A DNA stretch of 64,000 bases. It comes from Azolla caroliniana (taxonomy: Eukaryota; Plantae; Polypodiophyta). The notes beneath the pieces were generated by a model that worked only from the letters and a program-made list of their open reading frames with translations, did no database searches and was not told the DNA's origin. Position numbers and translations under genes: made by a program. Location of the stretch: the NCBI GenBank assembly GCA_043228905.1, contig JBHGNT010000001.1, positions 16,616,001-16,680,000 of the forward strand. Direction: 5' to 3'. Below are positions 22,028 through 35,330 of this stretch, piece after piece (within the stretch, counting starts at the first letter, position 1; every line of letters begins with the position of its first letter).

Positions 22028-23501
22028 ACAAGGAAGACACAAGCACACACACAAATGATCGTATGCCTTTATGAGGAGGAGAGGTGCATGGGCACGCCCG
22101 AAACGCTCCCTCGTCACAAGATGGCCAAATGTACAAGGAAGACACAAACATACGCACAAAATACTCGTATGCCTTTATGAGGAAGAGAGGTGCATGGGCA
22201 CGCCCAAAACGCTCCCTCGTCACAAGACGACCGATAGTACAAGTGGACGAGAACAAAGAAAGAAAGAAAGAAAGAAAGACGAATGATATTGGCCAAAGAA
22301 ATAAATACATGTTCGATTCCAACGCAAGAGGACGCTTTATAAAATAGGGTTTGATTACAATGGCAACTTCTAGTTAACCACAAGCTCAATCAAAACATAA
22401 ATACTAAATGCCCTTAGAGACAAGAGCAAATCCGAACACGGCGAAGATGAACACACGAGCACCACCAAAATGCCAACCCCAACGAACCACGAACACCCGA
22501 ACGGCGAGCACACGGGCTCACAACGACGAATGGGGTGAAGCAACGTTGAACCAACGAAGCTTGGGCTCACGAGCACTTCGAGTGCCAACACAAAGAAGAT
22601 GAGCACGTGGCGATGAGGGGATGAAGGGGTATGAGATGAAGAGAAGTGGTGAAGAAGAAGATGAAGAGCTCCGAAGGAAAAATGCCAATAGACTCCTCCT
22701 CCCAAAACGTCCCTCCCAAATGAGGCCCCCTCGACCTCCTTTTATAGGATAAAAAGAAGGGGGTTCGCCAATTTTGTCTTCAATGCAAAAGGAATAAAAT
22801 TCCTTAAATCACGATGCATTGTAAGACCGGATTTGAACCGTGCACCTCTAGCTAGAAGTCAATGTGACTATCCACTAGTCCATTAACTCTCTCTTATATG
22901 TTGGGAGATAGGTCCCTCCGGATGGGAAGGGAGAAGAATAGTGCTGATGAACAAACTCGGCCGAGGCCGAATCCGGATGAGGAGTACCCGGCTATGGTGA
23001 GCCGGATGGTGCAGACCCGGTGAGAACCTGATGAAGAGACATATTCGTAGATATGTTTCTGAGAGTCCATCGAGGCTATATTTGTAAATAGCCGAAAAGT
23101 CATATTAGTATAAATATGACTTAGGGCAAACTTTTAGTTATAGTTGTTGTTGTCATTTCTTGTTGGTGCAAGAAGAAGAGAGAGCACGTAACAGTGTACA
23201 GAGAGAGAGAGAGAGAGGCAGAGGTCGTAGCCTCTGTTGTAACCGCCGCCTGTGGCGAGGATCGTGAGCACGAGGTCGTTGCCTCCGTGAACTCACTGTT
23301 GTACATTCTAACATAGCGATAGTTTGCAGCCTGTGGGCTGCCGTGGTTTTTCCCTTAGTTTGGGTTTTCCACGTAAACATCCTGTGTACATTTTTTTTCT
23401 TTCTCCTTTGTGTCGCGTGTTTTCGTTTCCTGTTTTCTGTGTATGATTCTAAGCTCGGTTGTGGCCGAGCGTTGTTCATAAGGAGCGTTGAGTTCCCGTC
23501 A
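22028..23501 (+). repeat. ~1.47-kb direct duplication of 16433-17910 (2 satellite units, unique flank, LTR)
   Basis: Colinear with scattered substitutions; offset about 5.59 kb. Confidence 0.95.
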
Positions 23502-23719
23502 TTATATAATATATAATTCTATCTCTACAAATATATAGCCTGCCTCCCCTCTACTTTTTATCTCTCCTCTCTCTAACTTTTTACACGAGCTTCTATAAAT
23601 TCTTTCCACCCTTTCTTTTGCATGTGCACAATTAATTGCCTTTGTATGCACACACATTGCACATGCACATTTTGACCCCCCCTTTTCGCCGGTTTTTCCC
23701 ACTCTCGAGCACGTCACAT

Positions 23720-26700
23720 CAAGACATCGGACCCTTCACTAGCAAGGGGAGTAAAGGCAGCGCCAGAAACTAGCAAGAGAGAACCGACACGGAATGCTGG
23801 TACTCGCGAGTGCTGGAAGAAACACACCGATTCAGATAAATCCGGATCCAACAAGGCCGAACAAGAGAACCGACACCGTAACCGGAAAGACCAGAAAAGG
23901 GCCAACCTTTGTGATGAAGGACAAGGCAAAATCCATGAAGAAGATCACTTCTAAATCAGAGCAAGTGTGGTATGTTGACTCCAGAGCATCTAACCACATG
24001 ACTAGCCACGAAGAGTGGTTCTCGTTTTTGGAAAAGCCGGAGCAACCGAGAGTTGTCGAAACCGGGGACGCACTCATCTGATCGTGTATGTCGGAGAAGT
24101 CCCTTCAAGCCATGTCAGACAAAAGGGAAAGCTGATGCATGTACTACATGTTCCGATAATCACAAAGAACCTGGTGTCGGTCGGGTAGATTGTCTACCAA
24201 GGGATTCAGGTGCGGTTCACGCATCTCGGGTGCTTCATTGAGGAAGAAGGTCAGATAATCGTGTAAGGGCGTAGGGATGGGAGGATATTCATCCTCAACA
24301 CCAATGACGTCGACATCGCTATGTTCACAAAAGGACAAAACATCTAATCAGACATCTATCTCTAGCACAAGCGAATCAGCCACATCAACTACCAAAGGCT
24401 TCAAGACCTGCAATCGAAACAAGTTGTTTTCGGATTGCTGAAATTTTGTGACCGGAAGGCCCAAATTTGTGAAGCCTGCCAACTCGGGAAGCAACATTGA
24501 TTTCCCTTCCCCATTGAAAGAAACCAGAGCCGTAACAAGCTCGATCTAATCCATTCGGATATATCGGAACCAACACAGAACGTTAGTCTTGGCGGGAGCG
24601 GATATTTCATCTCCTTCATCGACAACTACAACCGGCATACGCGGATCTACCTCATCAAGAAGAAAAGCAAAGTTATCGATTGTTTTCAGAACTTGCAAAG
24701 TTTAGTCAAATGGCAAACAGATAGGAAGATCAAGTGCATGTGGTTGGATGGTCGGAGAGAATTCAGCTGCCGATACACACCGGAACAAAACGGTGTGTCT
24801 GAAAGGAAGAACCGGTCGATTGTCGACACGGCAAGGGAAATGCTTGAGGAGAAAAGCATGCCCAAATTCTACTAGGCTAAGGTGATCAGGACGACCATCT
24901 ACATCCAAAACCAGATTGGGGAGAAGGTGTCAGCACACGAGTTGTATTTCGAGCGGAAGCCGAATTTAAGGCACCTTCGGATATTCAGTAGCATAGCATA
25001 TGTGCATGTACAGGATGAGAAGCGGAGAAAGTTGGACCCAAAGTTGAAGAAGTGCATCCTAGTAGGCTACTGACATGAACAAAAGGGTTATAAGCGCTAT
25101 AACCATCAAACAAAACAAGTTCGAGTAAGCCAAGATGTCGAATTTGATGAGTGGGCATCATGGCACTCTCTAACGACTACGTTTTCCGACTCCAACCCGA
25201 TTTCGGAGGATGAGGCTAGTGAGCATGAACCGGTCCGGGCAGAAGATGAAGAAGGGTTCGGCACTCTAGATGAGAGTCTGATCTCGTTCCGGCTGAGTGG
25301 GCCAAACGAGCGACTGAGTTGGAATGACCAGTCAGATGAAGAGCCGGCGAGTAGTGACGACTCAATTGTGCTCTCCCCGCGCAAGGAACCAAGGAGACGG
25401 TTCACGCGCAAAGAAAAGGGGAAGAAGAAGATGCCAGAATACAACACCTGTAGAGACGAGTCAGATCCGAGCAGATCCAACCGCGGACAAATCGAAGATG
25501 GACCTTCAGAAGAGAAGTTCGAGTCGTCCAAGAAAGCCAAGAAATCAGTAGAGCAGAAACTGCACCGATCCACCCGCTAGAAGAACCTCTTAAAATGGTA
25601 CGGGTACAATGAGTATATGGCTACCACCTTCATTATGCGTACATGGTGAAGGTGGTAACCATGTGTGAGCCAGAGAGTTACGCAGAAGCGGCGAAGGACA
25701 CAAATTGGTGTGCCGCTATGGAGGAAGAGATGCACGCACTCACGAAAAATGAGACATGGGATTTCGTGGACATACCAAAAGGAGTGAAACCTATCGGTTG
25801 TTGGTGGGTATACAAAGTTAAATACAACACTAATAGCTTCGTCAACAGGTACAAGGCCCGGTTAGTGGCAAAGGGCTATGCGTAGCAGCACCGCATCAAC
25901 TACGATGAGATGTTCGCGTCGGTCACAAAGATGACGACCGTCCGGGTCTTGCTTGCGGTGGCAATGGCGAAGGGGTGGCATCTACATTAGATGGATGTAA
26001 AGAACACGTTCTTGCAAAGCGATCTTCAGGAACAGGTGTATATGGTTCAGTCCCCCAGATTTCGGTCCGACATGAATACATCGGCAGTGTGCCGATTGAA
26101 GAAGTCCCTTTATGGACTCAAGCAAGCCCCACGTGCCCAAAACACGAAGATCACGCAGAGACTGCGTTAGATGGGGGTGTCTCCGTCGAAATCAGACTCT
26201 TCTCTCTGTTAGGAAACAGGTCCCTCTGGATGGGAAGTGAGAAGAACCATGTTGATGAGCAACTCGTGGAGATAGCCAACACAGAAGGCTAAACTTGTAA
26301 ATAGTCGAAAGGTTACATTAGTATATAAGTACTTAGGGCAATCATGTTAGATATGTGTGTTATTGTAAAAGTTACTGTTGACTAGGTTGTTGTCTCTGTA
26401 ACTGTGAGAGCGAACGAGTGTGAGTGGAAGCGTGTGAGCTCCATAGCCGCCTATTGGCGAAGTAGGATCTTGAGGTCGTTTCCTCTAAGATCTCTGATTG
26501 TATTCCTTTCTCTCATAGTGTTCTGTTTCGGAGTTCGTGGACTCCACGTGGTTTTTTCCCAGTTCGGGTTTCCACGTTAAAATCTGTGTCATTCTCAGTT
26601 TCTGTATTCTGTTTTCCCCTTTCCATTAGATTGACTATTATTCCGCACACGTACAACCGGTTGTGGCCGGCAACGATTTTAACTTCACTCTCTTCATCCA

Positions 26701-27745
26701 ACAAGGTCAAAACGAGTCGATTAGTATTTTACTTTATGCTGATGATTTCGTCATCGCCGGCACCGACCTTGATGAAATCGGCCATGTAAAGTCCTAGCTT
26801 GTGGCATCATTTGACATGAAGGATCTTGGGAACCGTCATTACTTCCTCGAGATCAAAATGATCTGCACCCCGAAGGGCATACTAATTAGTCAGCGGCATT
26901 ATGTGATGAGTATGCTCTTCAAATTTGGTAGGACGGAATGCAAATCCGTCTTGACCCCTCTGGACCGGAATGTGAAGCTTCGTCCTGACCTCGGAATGGC
27001 ATGCGATCCGAAAAGGTTCCGACAGATAGTCGGAAGCCTTATCTGACCATCATTTGGCCGGACCTCAGTTATCCAGTCGGATTGATCAGTCAATTTATGG
27101 TGCATGCAACTGTGGATCACCTTCAGTGCATGCACCAAATCCTATGATATGTTAGCGGCACTAAGGACAGGGGATTGTTATATCAGACTGGTGTAGCCAA
27201 ACAACTTGCCGGTTACACGGATGTCGATTGGGCCGGAAATGCCGACGACCATAGGTCTACATCCGGATATCTATTTTCAATTGGAAGCATCGCGGTCGCA
27301 TGCAGCAATAAGAAACAGCCGACAGTTGCACTGTCGAGCACTGAGGCGGAGTACCGAGGAGTGGTTATCGCGACATGTAAAGCCATAAAGCTCAAGAGGC
27401 TCCTAAAGGATTTGCAGGTGGAGGTATCTGATCCGACGGTGATTTATTGCGATAACCTCAACAACATCTAGTTGGCTAAGAACCCTGTCTTTCATGGCCG
27501 GATTGAGCACATCGAGGTGCACTATCATTTTGTCTGAGAGCACATTCTCTCCAATGAAGTGGAGCAAGCTTGAGGGGGAGTGTTGAGCGAGCAAGCTCAA
27601 CCGGATCCAGATCGGCTAAACAAGATAGAGCTGGATCGGTATCTGGAACGGAGAACCGGATCGGTGTCCGGAACCAAGAGCCGGATCAGAGAGCTGGATC
27701 GAACTGTAACCGGTAGGCCGTTAGAGGCCTACGAATCTAGCCTAG
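23720..27745 (+). mobile_element. decayed Ty1/copia family C, 5'-truncated, partial 3' LTR from 27581
   Basis: Motifs [68 protein letters not shown] followed by TGTTGAGCG. Homologous to 47301-53784. Confidence 0.9.
26207..26687 (+). mobile_element. solo LTR (481 bp) with TSD CTCTC, inserted in RT
   Basis: TGTTAGGAAAC...TTCA. CTCTC at 26202-26206 and 26688-26692. Removal restores DSSLFI. Confidence 0.9.
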
Positions 27746-28787
27746 TTCATATTGTGTTGGTCCAAAAATCTATGACCGCACACATGGTTCGGAGAGGTTC
27801 CCGGAGCGCGGCCAAAAATACCGCTTTCACTTCAGCTTCTGGCGGTGCTCTGGTGAGTTGACTATGCATCGTCTATAACCGGATAACGAACTGCTGAATG
27901 GTTTCGGACGGGTCCTATCGTGTCGTATAAAATTGGCCAACAATATCTCTTTGATCCACCTGTCTGTGGAAGAAGCATAGAAATCTAGTCTTTAAATCCT
28001 CAAATGTGGTGATGCTGCCGGGAAGGTGCTTGGAGTGCCAACGTGTCGTGGGTCCCTCCAAAGTCATGTCGAATTCTGCAATTTTTTATCGTTCTACCTC
28101 TGCATCATTCAATCATTGGGAGACATGATTCGCCTCCCAATTTTGGAGAAACGCGTATACATGGGCTTCCGTGTCCAGGTCATCCCGATACTTCGGGATA
28201 TTGGTACGACATTGTGTCGTCGTCTTCTTGTGTTGTTGGGGCCGGTGTCGGAACTCGCTCCTCCTGTTCTGTCGGTGACTCGGGTTGTGGTGTCGGAACT
28301 CGTTCCTCCTCCTGGTGTTCCGTGCCGATCGTTTTGTCTAGAGCTTCCGGTTTTGTTGTTGCCGGCTCTGGTGTCAATATGTGTTCTGACTCGTCACTTT
28401 CCGGCTTGTCTAGGGTATCGTGGCTATTACGATAATTCGATTGGACGCTGTGTTCGCCGTCCGAATCTGATTCAATGGCGGAGAACGCTTCTGAACCGTC
28501 GTCTCTTGCGACAAGTGTTTGCAGAATGGACTCCGTTTCCTACAGACTGCTCAAACTACTTCCTTCATCCGGGTGGTGGTTCTGTTGCAATCGAAGTGAC
28601 TCCTCTGCGACCCGCCGAATCACACTGGAAAAACACCGATCTGACTGGTTCTCCTCTGCTGCCTGCTGGTAAGCCTCCCACTTCCAAAATCTCTCGGCGA
28701 GTCTTCTCGCTCGCTCGGCTACTGGGTCGTTCATTGCAATTGGTACCCCAACTCACCGATGGGTTAAAATCAGCATGGTCCCCACCA
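27746..28787 (-). pseudogene. Ty3/gypsy gag relic with PBS-like TGGTGGGGACCATG (28774-28787)
   Basis: Manual minus-strand translation ...TTFEDLKTRFLCFFHRQVDQRDIVGQFY...EAEVKAVFLAALREPL; homologous to 34325-35330. Confidence 0.65.
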
Positions 28788-28789
28788 AA

Positions 28790-30885
28790 CCCCACACCGG
28801 CTCTGGTGTTCTATTCAAATCCGGAGGAAGGGCCGGTAGTGGTCGATACCAACAGTCCCGCAATCACCACCCTTATCAAAGGACGGGAAGTACCGAGGAC
28901 GATCGTCAATGGCGGATCGGGAGTAAACGTAATTAGCCTCCGAACATGCAACACTCTTGGAATCCAAGAATGGGAACCATGCCCATTCTGGCTCTAGATG
29001 ATGGACACCAGCTCAATACGACTGGCCGGATTGATCCGCGATTTGGAGGTAACAATCAGAAGCCATCACTTCCGGATTTCTGTCTTCGTCCTCTAGTTGA
29101 ATGCGCAGGGAGCATACCCATTGTTGCTGGGACGACCATGGTTACGGACAACCCACATCAAACAGAACTGGCAAAAGAACAACATTACTTTTTGAAGGGG
29201 GAAAACTAAGGTAAGAGTACCCACGCACCCTCAAGCCGTTATATGCCAAAAGTGTGACTATGCTAGAAGGGCTTGCCGATAAGGAGGTAGATCGCTACCC
29301 TGATGAAAACCCAAGGATAGTCCCTCTATTCGAAGTAGACGTCGCAGAGGCGGTGTCCCCATATATTGAGCAACCGGAGGATGCCAGTGAGGAGCCGGAT
29401 AGGGATGCGATCTGGGAACTGCGACAAGCACAAGAGGCCCTAGAGCGAGAGATGCCGGTATCACAACAGGTGAAAGCATCACAATTGGAAGAAGTGAATT
29501 TGGGAACCCACGAAGAAGCAAGATCGGTGCAGGTGGCCAAAGAAATGCCACCAGAGGAGAAATCGGCAATGATCACATTATTGAAAGAATTCCGGGACAT
29601 ATTTGTGTGGTCATATGAAGACATGTGGGGACTGGACCCGCAATTATATCAGCACCAGATTTATTTAAGCAAGGATGCGAAACCAGTAGCGTAGAGACGT
29701 TACCGGATGAATCTGAATTACGTGGCTAAAGTAAAAGAGGAGATCAACAAGTTGTTGCGGGTTGGGTTCATTCGGCCGGTGAAGAAAGCCACCTAGCTAA
29801 GCCAGATGAAGATCCAGGTCTGTGTGGATTACCGAAAATTGAATGTTGCCACTGTCACTGATGCATTCCCGCTCCCATTCACGGATGGAGTCTTGGATGC
29901 GGTAGCAAGCCACGAGGTGTATAGCTTCCTCGATGGATTCAGCGAGTATAACCAAATCAGGATGCACCCGGATGATCAGGAGAAAACAATGTTCGTCAGC
30001 AAATGGGGAGTCTTTGTAGCAGTCGTGATGATGTTCGGACTAAAGACGACACTGGCAATGTTCCAACGAATCATCATGGAAATTTTCGAGGAATTTATCT
30101 TAGTGTTTATGTAGGTGTTCTTGGATGACTTTGTGGTGTACAACAGGAAAGGAGGACATCTTGACTGTCTCTGGTTATGCCTCGAGAAATGTAGAGGTTA
30201 CCGGCGAAATGCGTATTTGGGGTAACCAGCGGCATGCCACTAGGCCATATTGTGAGCAAGGATAGGATTGCAGTGGACCTTGATAAATTTAAAGCCATTT
30301 TGGAAGCACCGGCACCAACAACCGCCAAAGCTCTGAGCTGGTTTTTAGGGCAAATCCGGTGGCATAGCCGAATGCATCGATACTTGGCTAATCTTGCGAC
30401 ACCACAACACGTAATTGTACACCAGACACCTTTCCAATGGACAAAACTAGAGGATAAGGCATACCATGTGCTCAAAATAATGTTGTCCCAGGCACCGGTC
30501 GTACAACCCACGGATTGGTTGAAGGAATTTCATGTGTACGTGGACGCATCTGATATCGCGATCGGCAACGTTCTTATGCAGCTCACCGAACCAAAGTGGT
30601 ACCAACCGGTTTACTACGCCAGTTGAAAGCTCTCCCAGGCGGAACGAAATTATTCAAGAACGGAAAGGGAAGCCTTGGGAATGATATACAGTGTAACAAA
30701 ATTCCGTCACTACTTGCTAGGACGAAAATTCTCATTCCACGTAGGTCATTCGGCTTTACTATATTTGGTTTCCAAGGCATCGCTAACCGCAAACTAGCAT
30801 GATGGACGCTACTTCTATAGGAGTTCGAATTCGAGATTTACCACAAACCGAGAGTACAACATGTGGTCGTGAATTACTTGAGCTA
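28790..30885 (+). pseudogene. Ty3/gypsy pol relic (protease, RT, RNase H; no integrase)
   Basis: Motifs IVNGGSGVNVI, VCVDYRKLN, FLDGFSEYNQI, VMMFGLK, FHVYVDASDIAIG in PR-RT-RH order. Confidence 0.9.
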
Positions 30886-30949
30886 GATACAAGGGTTTAG
30901 ACCCACGCACGTAAAAAAATATTAATAATAATAATAAAACATCATGTAG

Positions 30950-33830
30950 GGGCGAGGAGTAAAGACATGGAGTAAAGCCAACGAATCGGCAACAACTACT
31001 TGCCGAACACATGCCTGGTTGGACAGAAGGAGGTTCATCACAAAAAGGGAAGGAGCAGTCCAGTCGGAAGAGGCAGGCGGAGACAGAGGCACCGGTAGAG
31101 CAACTGGTTAGGCCTCTTAAAATCAAATTGTGTCGGCAAGAGCAAGAGCCGCCTAACTTGGCTCAAGGGATAAACATGAGAACCCAAGAGGAGGAGGCGG
31201 AGGAAGAACCCGCTGACACTCCCCTACATCTCCGGAAGAGAAGCAACGCAGAGAAGAAGGGGGACGAATCGGAACCAATAAAAGATAGCACACCGACACC
31301 CCGCTCCGAGGAACTAGAGCCAACGAAGGAAACGGAGCTTGATCGGCTAGTAACGGCAAGAGAAGTACCAATCTCACCGGGTTGATAGGCACAATAAGAA
31401 AAGGAGTTGCCGCCAGAAACAACAATCCAACCAGGGGTTGTGACGAGAGTAGATCCAACACCGCAACCGGAACCAGCAAGGCAACAAGGCACCAGCAGTC
31501 AATGGCTACGATGGATTGGAGAGCAGGTGGCCGGGGTTGTAAGCCAAATTGAAGTGGAATAGAGAGCACAACGGGATCGGTTGTTCGCCATAACCGAAGA
31601 ACTCGAGAAGGCCCGGTCAAGGATCCAAAGCATGGAGGAAGAAATTGAGAAGGCCAAAGCAGACACGGCCAGACAAGTCAATCAGGGGCCGATAGGACCA
31701 GAACCGGTGGCGCCAGTGATTGAGCAGAAAAATAACACGCTGGTAGCTCCTACAACACCAGACACAAGCATCACACAGGAGCAAGAACTCTCCACTCTTA
31801 GGGAAGAGTTAGAAGCCCAAGAGGCCTTGAGGGCTAGAGAGCGAGAGTAGAAGAAGGCATCGGAGGATGAGAAATGAAGACTCGAAGAAAATCTCCGAAA
31901 AAGTGACCAATTAAATGACCGGTTGAAGGAAGAAAAGGAGAAGCTGTTACAAGAGAAGGATAAGCTCCGGTGATCGGCGAAAACCGAAATCGAGCTGCTC
32001 AAATAAGAACTCCGACAGCAGAAAGACCGAGAAGACCGTTGTCGCGTTGTTACGCGCGTGCGTGTAGAAAGAGGCGGGACCACGGGGGCCTTGGACCGAG
32101 TAGCGAGAGAGAGAGAGAAGAGAAGAGAAGAGAAGACTTGCAGATACGCAAAGGAGAGAAGGAAAGAGAAAGAAACGGCACACTTAATTACAGTAACAGT
32201 CGGTTACAATATCCAGAGATTGCAAACTCTGACGATTACAACCGGCAAGGCGGCGATGGACCCGACACGGGGATCCTACTCACGCACACAGACAGAACAC
32301 ACTCGACTCAAAGAAAAAAAAAGGGGAGAGCCTCTGCTGGAAGCACACGGGCTGTCAATGAAGCAGAGGCAGCGAACTCCCGACACCCACAGAGACCGAC
32401 GATCGGAGGAGAAGAGAGAGCTCGGCACTCAGTTCTGCAACAACCCTTTTTCCTCGCCAACGCACGCCCTTTCTTCCTTCTCTCCCTCCTTAAATAGTTC
32501 GCCCCAAAAAGGGGGGGTGCCCCTTTCTCCCTAGTCAAAATCGCTTTATTCCCTGTCCCTTTCGACAGAGATACGCACAAATCCCCTTAATAAATGTGTA
32601 CTACCTAGTATTTACATCAGCCGACCTAATTACGAATTATGTACAAAATATCAATTCTCGCGTCCACCCGTGTAAGAGCCAGTTCATGCGCCTTTTTCTC
32701 CGATTCCGCCCATGGCCGGTTTTCTTCACAACACCATGCCCGACGCCAAATAAACCAAAAGTTGAAGCAAAAGATGGAGGATTTTGAGCGATTGCACCGG
32801 GATCACAAGCATTTGGATGCAGAGCACACGAAGTTGATGGCAGAAGGTGACCAACAGCAGGAGAAGCTATGGGAACTCTGGAAGGAAGTCACCAGGGCGA
32901 CAGAGGCATTGGTAGAAGAACGGACCAAGGTGGTCGACATGGCAAAGGCACTCGAAGAAGCGGCAAGGGACCGGATGGAGCTCAACCAGCAGCCTTATGA
33001 GGAGACAGAACGAGCAAAGATGGCACTGAATAGAGTTCAGACCACTTATCAAACTCAATTCCTGGAATATTAGGTGCAGGCATAGGCAACCGCGGGCCTG
33101 ATAAAGAAGTTAAAGGAGGAAAAGCAGGTTGCGGAGGACAAATCCAAGATGGGGCTCGGCCGGATCCGCGTCACTGTACTGGCATGGAAAGAACGAACAA
33201 AGAGTATGATCGATGAAAGCTCAGTGCAATGATGGTCAAAATGGGCACAACAGGCGGCGGAATTATAGACGCTACGAGCGGATGCAAAAAACCAGAGAAA
33301 GGATGGTGACAACTTCTACAAGATGGATGCGGAGAGTATTATAACCATCTTGGAGGAGTTGTCGGACGATTTCTTATCCCTAGCAGGGGAACAATTGGCG
33401 GCTGGTAGAACAGTTGGATGATGACCAGCTTGGCACTCAACTCCAACCCCAGCGATACGAATGGGTGCGATGACAGCAGATAGCATCGCAAATGTCGGCA
33501 GCAATTAACGTCAGTGATGGAGAGCAATCTCCAGAGCAGGCACCGAATGTAGCCGGGACCGAAGGAGGCCAACCAAACGAAGCTCGAGTAGAACAGTCGG
33601 AAGAAGTCAGACCGGAGGAGCCAGACAAAGCCCCAGTGCAGCAGGAGGAGGAGCCAAGGATGCAGGAGCCAGAGCCAGAAGCGTCGAGACCAGTAGAGCC
33701 AGATACGGATAGGTCCGGAGAGGAAGAGTAGGCCGGAGACCAACAACAACATCAGCAGCCGATGGAGCAACTACCCGATGAACCGTTGGAACCCCTGGAT
33801 CAAAGCATTCTGGACATTTTGGAGGATGAA
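30950..33830 (+). pseudogene. decayed E/Q/K/R-rich coiled-coil-like extra ORF of a gypsy-type element, split by a solo LTR
   Basis: ORF fragments 31011-31385, 31581-31850, 32738-33073 and 33492-33731. The frame reads ...KDREDR|ARRQINQKLK across the insertion. Confidence 0.55.
32040..32733 (-). mobile_element. solo LTR (694 bp) with apparent 4-bp TSD CCGT/CCAT
   Basis: Ends TGTCGCG...CACAACA (inverted repeat allowing CpG decay). Removal restores the reading frame. Minus-strand TATA-like CTATTTAA near 32495. Confidence 0.65.
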
Positions 33831-33866
33831 TGAAGGGGCTAACCGTGGGTTCGATGTACAATGTAC

Positions 33867-34322
33867 TGTCCCACGGGAGTGCCATGTGTTGGCCGGTTAG
33901 GCCAGAGTATGAAAGGGGAGTCGATTTTGGGAGTTGTAATTAGATAAATTATGATAATTATAAGATCGGATGGACGGATCCGGAATCGGTATGCCAATCC
34001 GGATGTGGATCGGTTCGTAGTCGGTTGCCGGTTGGCACCGGTTTGTAACATAGCCGAATACCTTTAAAAGGATCCGGAGATGATGTAATTGGAGACGGAT
34101 AATTAATAGAGAGGTGTTGTGTCTTTACGTATTGTGTATCTTCTTTATACCGTTCTGTGCTTAATGTGATTATCATACGCGTGTATCAAGTTAATCATTC
34201 CAGATAGTAACCGGGAAGGATCAGTCATGTATCACAGTTTGCACATTCCTGACCGTACCACCCCTTTGCTGAAGTGTTCCAAAGGGACACCCTGTGTTAG
34301 CGGTTTGTCCTGCCCAGTGACA
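33867..34322 (+). repeat. candidate LTR of the plus-strand gypsy relic
   Basis: TGTCCCACGGG...CCCAGTGACA ends; non-coding. No partner copy and no clear PPT. Confidence 0.3.
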
Positions 34323-34324
34323 AC

Positions 34325-35330
34325 ATCAATTACTTGGTCGATGGTGCTTGTCTTGAAGTCTAGTACAGCCAATGTTGTCTGGAGTGGCTCCCATAGAGTC
34401 GTCAAAAATAACTCCTTTACTTCGACCTCCGGTGGTGACCGTGTCAGTTTTTTCTGCAGATTCTGGAAGCATATAATAAATTGCGGCACCATTTCATTCG
34501 CATCCTGATAAGTCGCATAAAACCGACCGATTAGTTCTCTCTGGGCGACATGTCAGTGGAACAACCGCATGAACTTGTCCCTCAAGTCTTGGAATGTGGC
34601 AAAATCTCCTAGATTGTGTTGGGAATACAAACTCAAACTCCGGAATTTTTGATTTTTCTACTTCTGGCTCTGAAAGTCGTTGGGAGACGTGGTTTGCCCT
34701 CCAAGTCGTCAGGAATGCACGGACGTGTGCCTCAGTGTCTAGCTCATCATTGTACTTAGGATAAGGGTGCGGCATTGTCTCTTCCTCATCGACATATTCT
34801 GTCATAGCCGACAATGTTTGCACCGATATAACTTCTTCTTCCGGTGGTGTTTGCACCGGGATAATGTCTTCTGTTGGTGGTGTCGGTGTCTTGGTATCTG
34901 TCCCTAGTGTTGGTGTCTGCTCTAACACTTCCTCCTCCAGTTCCTCCGGAGTGCCATGACTGGATTAGTCATGGGATTTGGCGTTTCGCCCGTCGCTTGT
35001 AGCGTTGTCCGATTTTGATTCGAACACGGAAAAGGCGCTTGAATCCCCCATCTTGGCTACTAAGGTTTGCAATATGGTTTCGGCACTGACAAAGTTTTTG
35101 AGGTTGCTTTCCTCGTCCGAATGTCATTGATTCTGTATCTGGATTGTTTCTTCCACGACCCTCTAAAGCACTCTGGGAAAAGACCAATCATGTCGGATCT
35201 CCTCAGCCGCCTATTGGTACGCTTCCCTTCTCCGTAGTCTTCTCGCTCATTCGGCTACTAGGTTGTTTGTCTGTCTAGAAGACATCCATCCTCTGTCGTT
35301 GATTGCTCCGTGCAGAAATCATGGTCACCA
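34325..35330 (-). pseudogene. second Ty3/gypsy gag relic
   Basis: ORFs 34494-34928 (EAHVRAFLTTWRANHVSQRL) and 34232-34492 (SPPEVEVKELFL); paralogous to 27746-28787. Confidence 0.7.

Larger units (their letters stand above)
17308..23501 (+). mobile_element. full-length decayed Ty1/copia family B with rearranged 3' end, TSD TTATA
   Basis: LTR 17308-17910, PBS 17913-17924, gag-pol, PPT ~21968-21981, 44-bp LTR stub 21984-22027, duplicated flank, complete LTR 22899-23501. TTATA at 17303-17307, 22894-22898 and 23502-23506. Confidence 0.93.

Noticed and set aside
23737-23742. Helitron 3' CTAG end
   Set aside because: The surrounding sequence aligns with family-C gag (about 48490-48540), and no subterminal hairpin is present.
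28026-28997. 323-aa plus-strand gene
   Set aside because: Mostly the antisense of a gypsy gag region running by chance into the protease relic.
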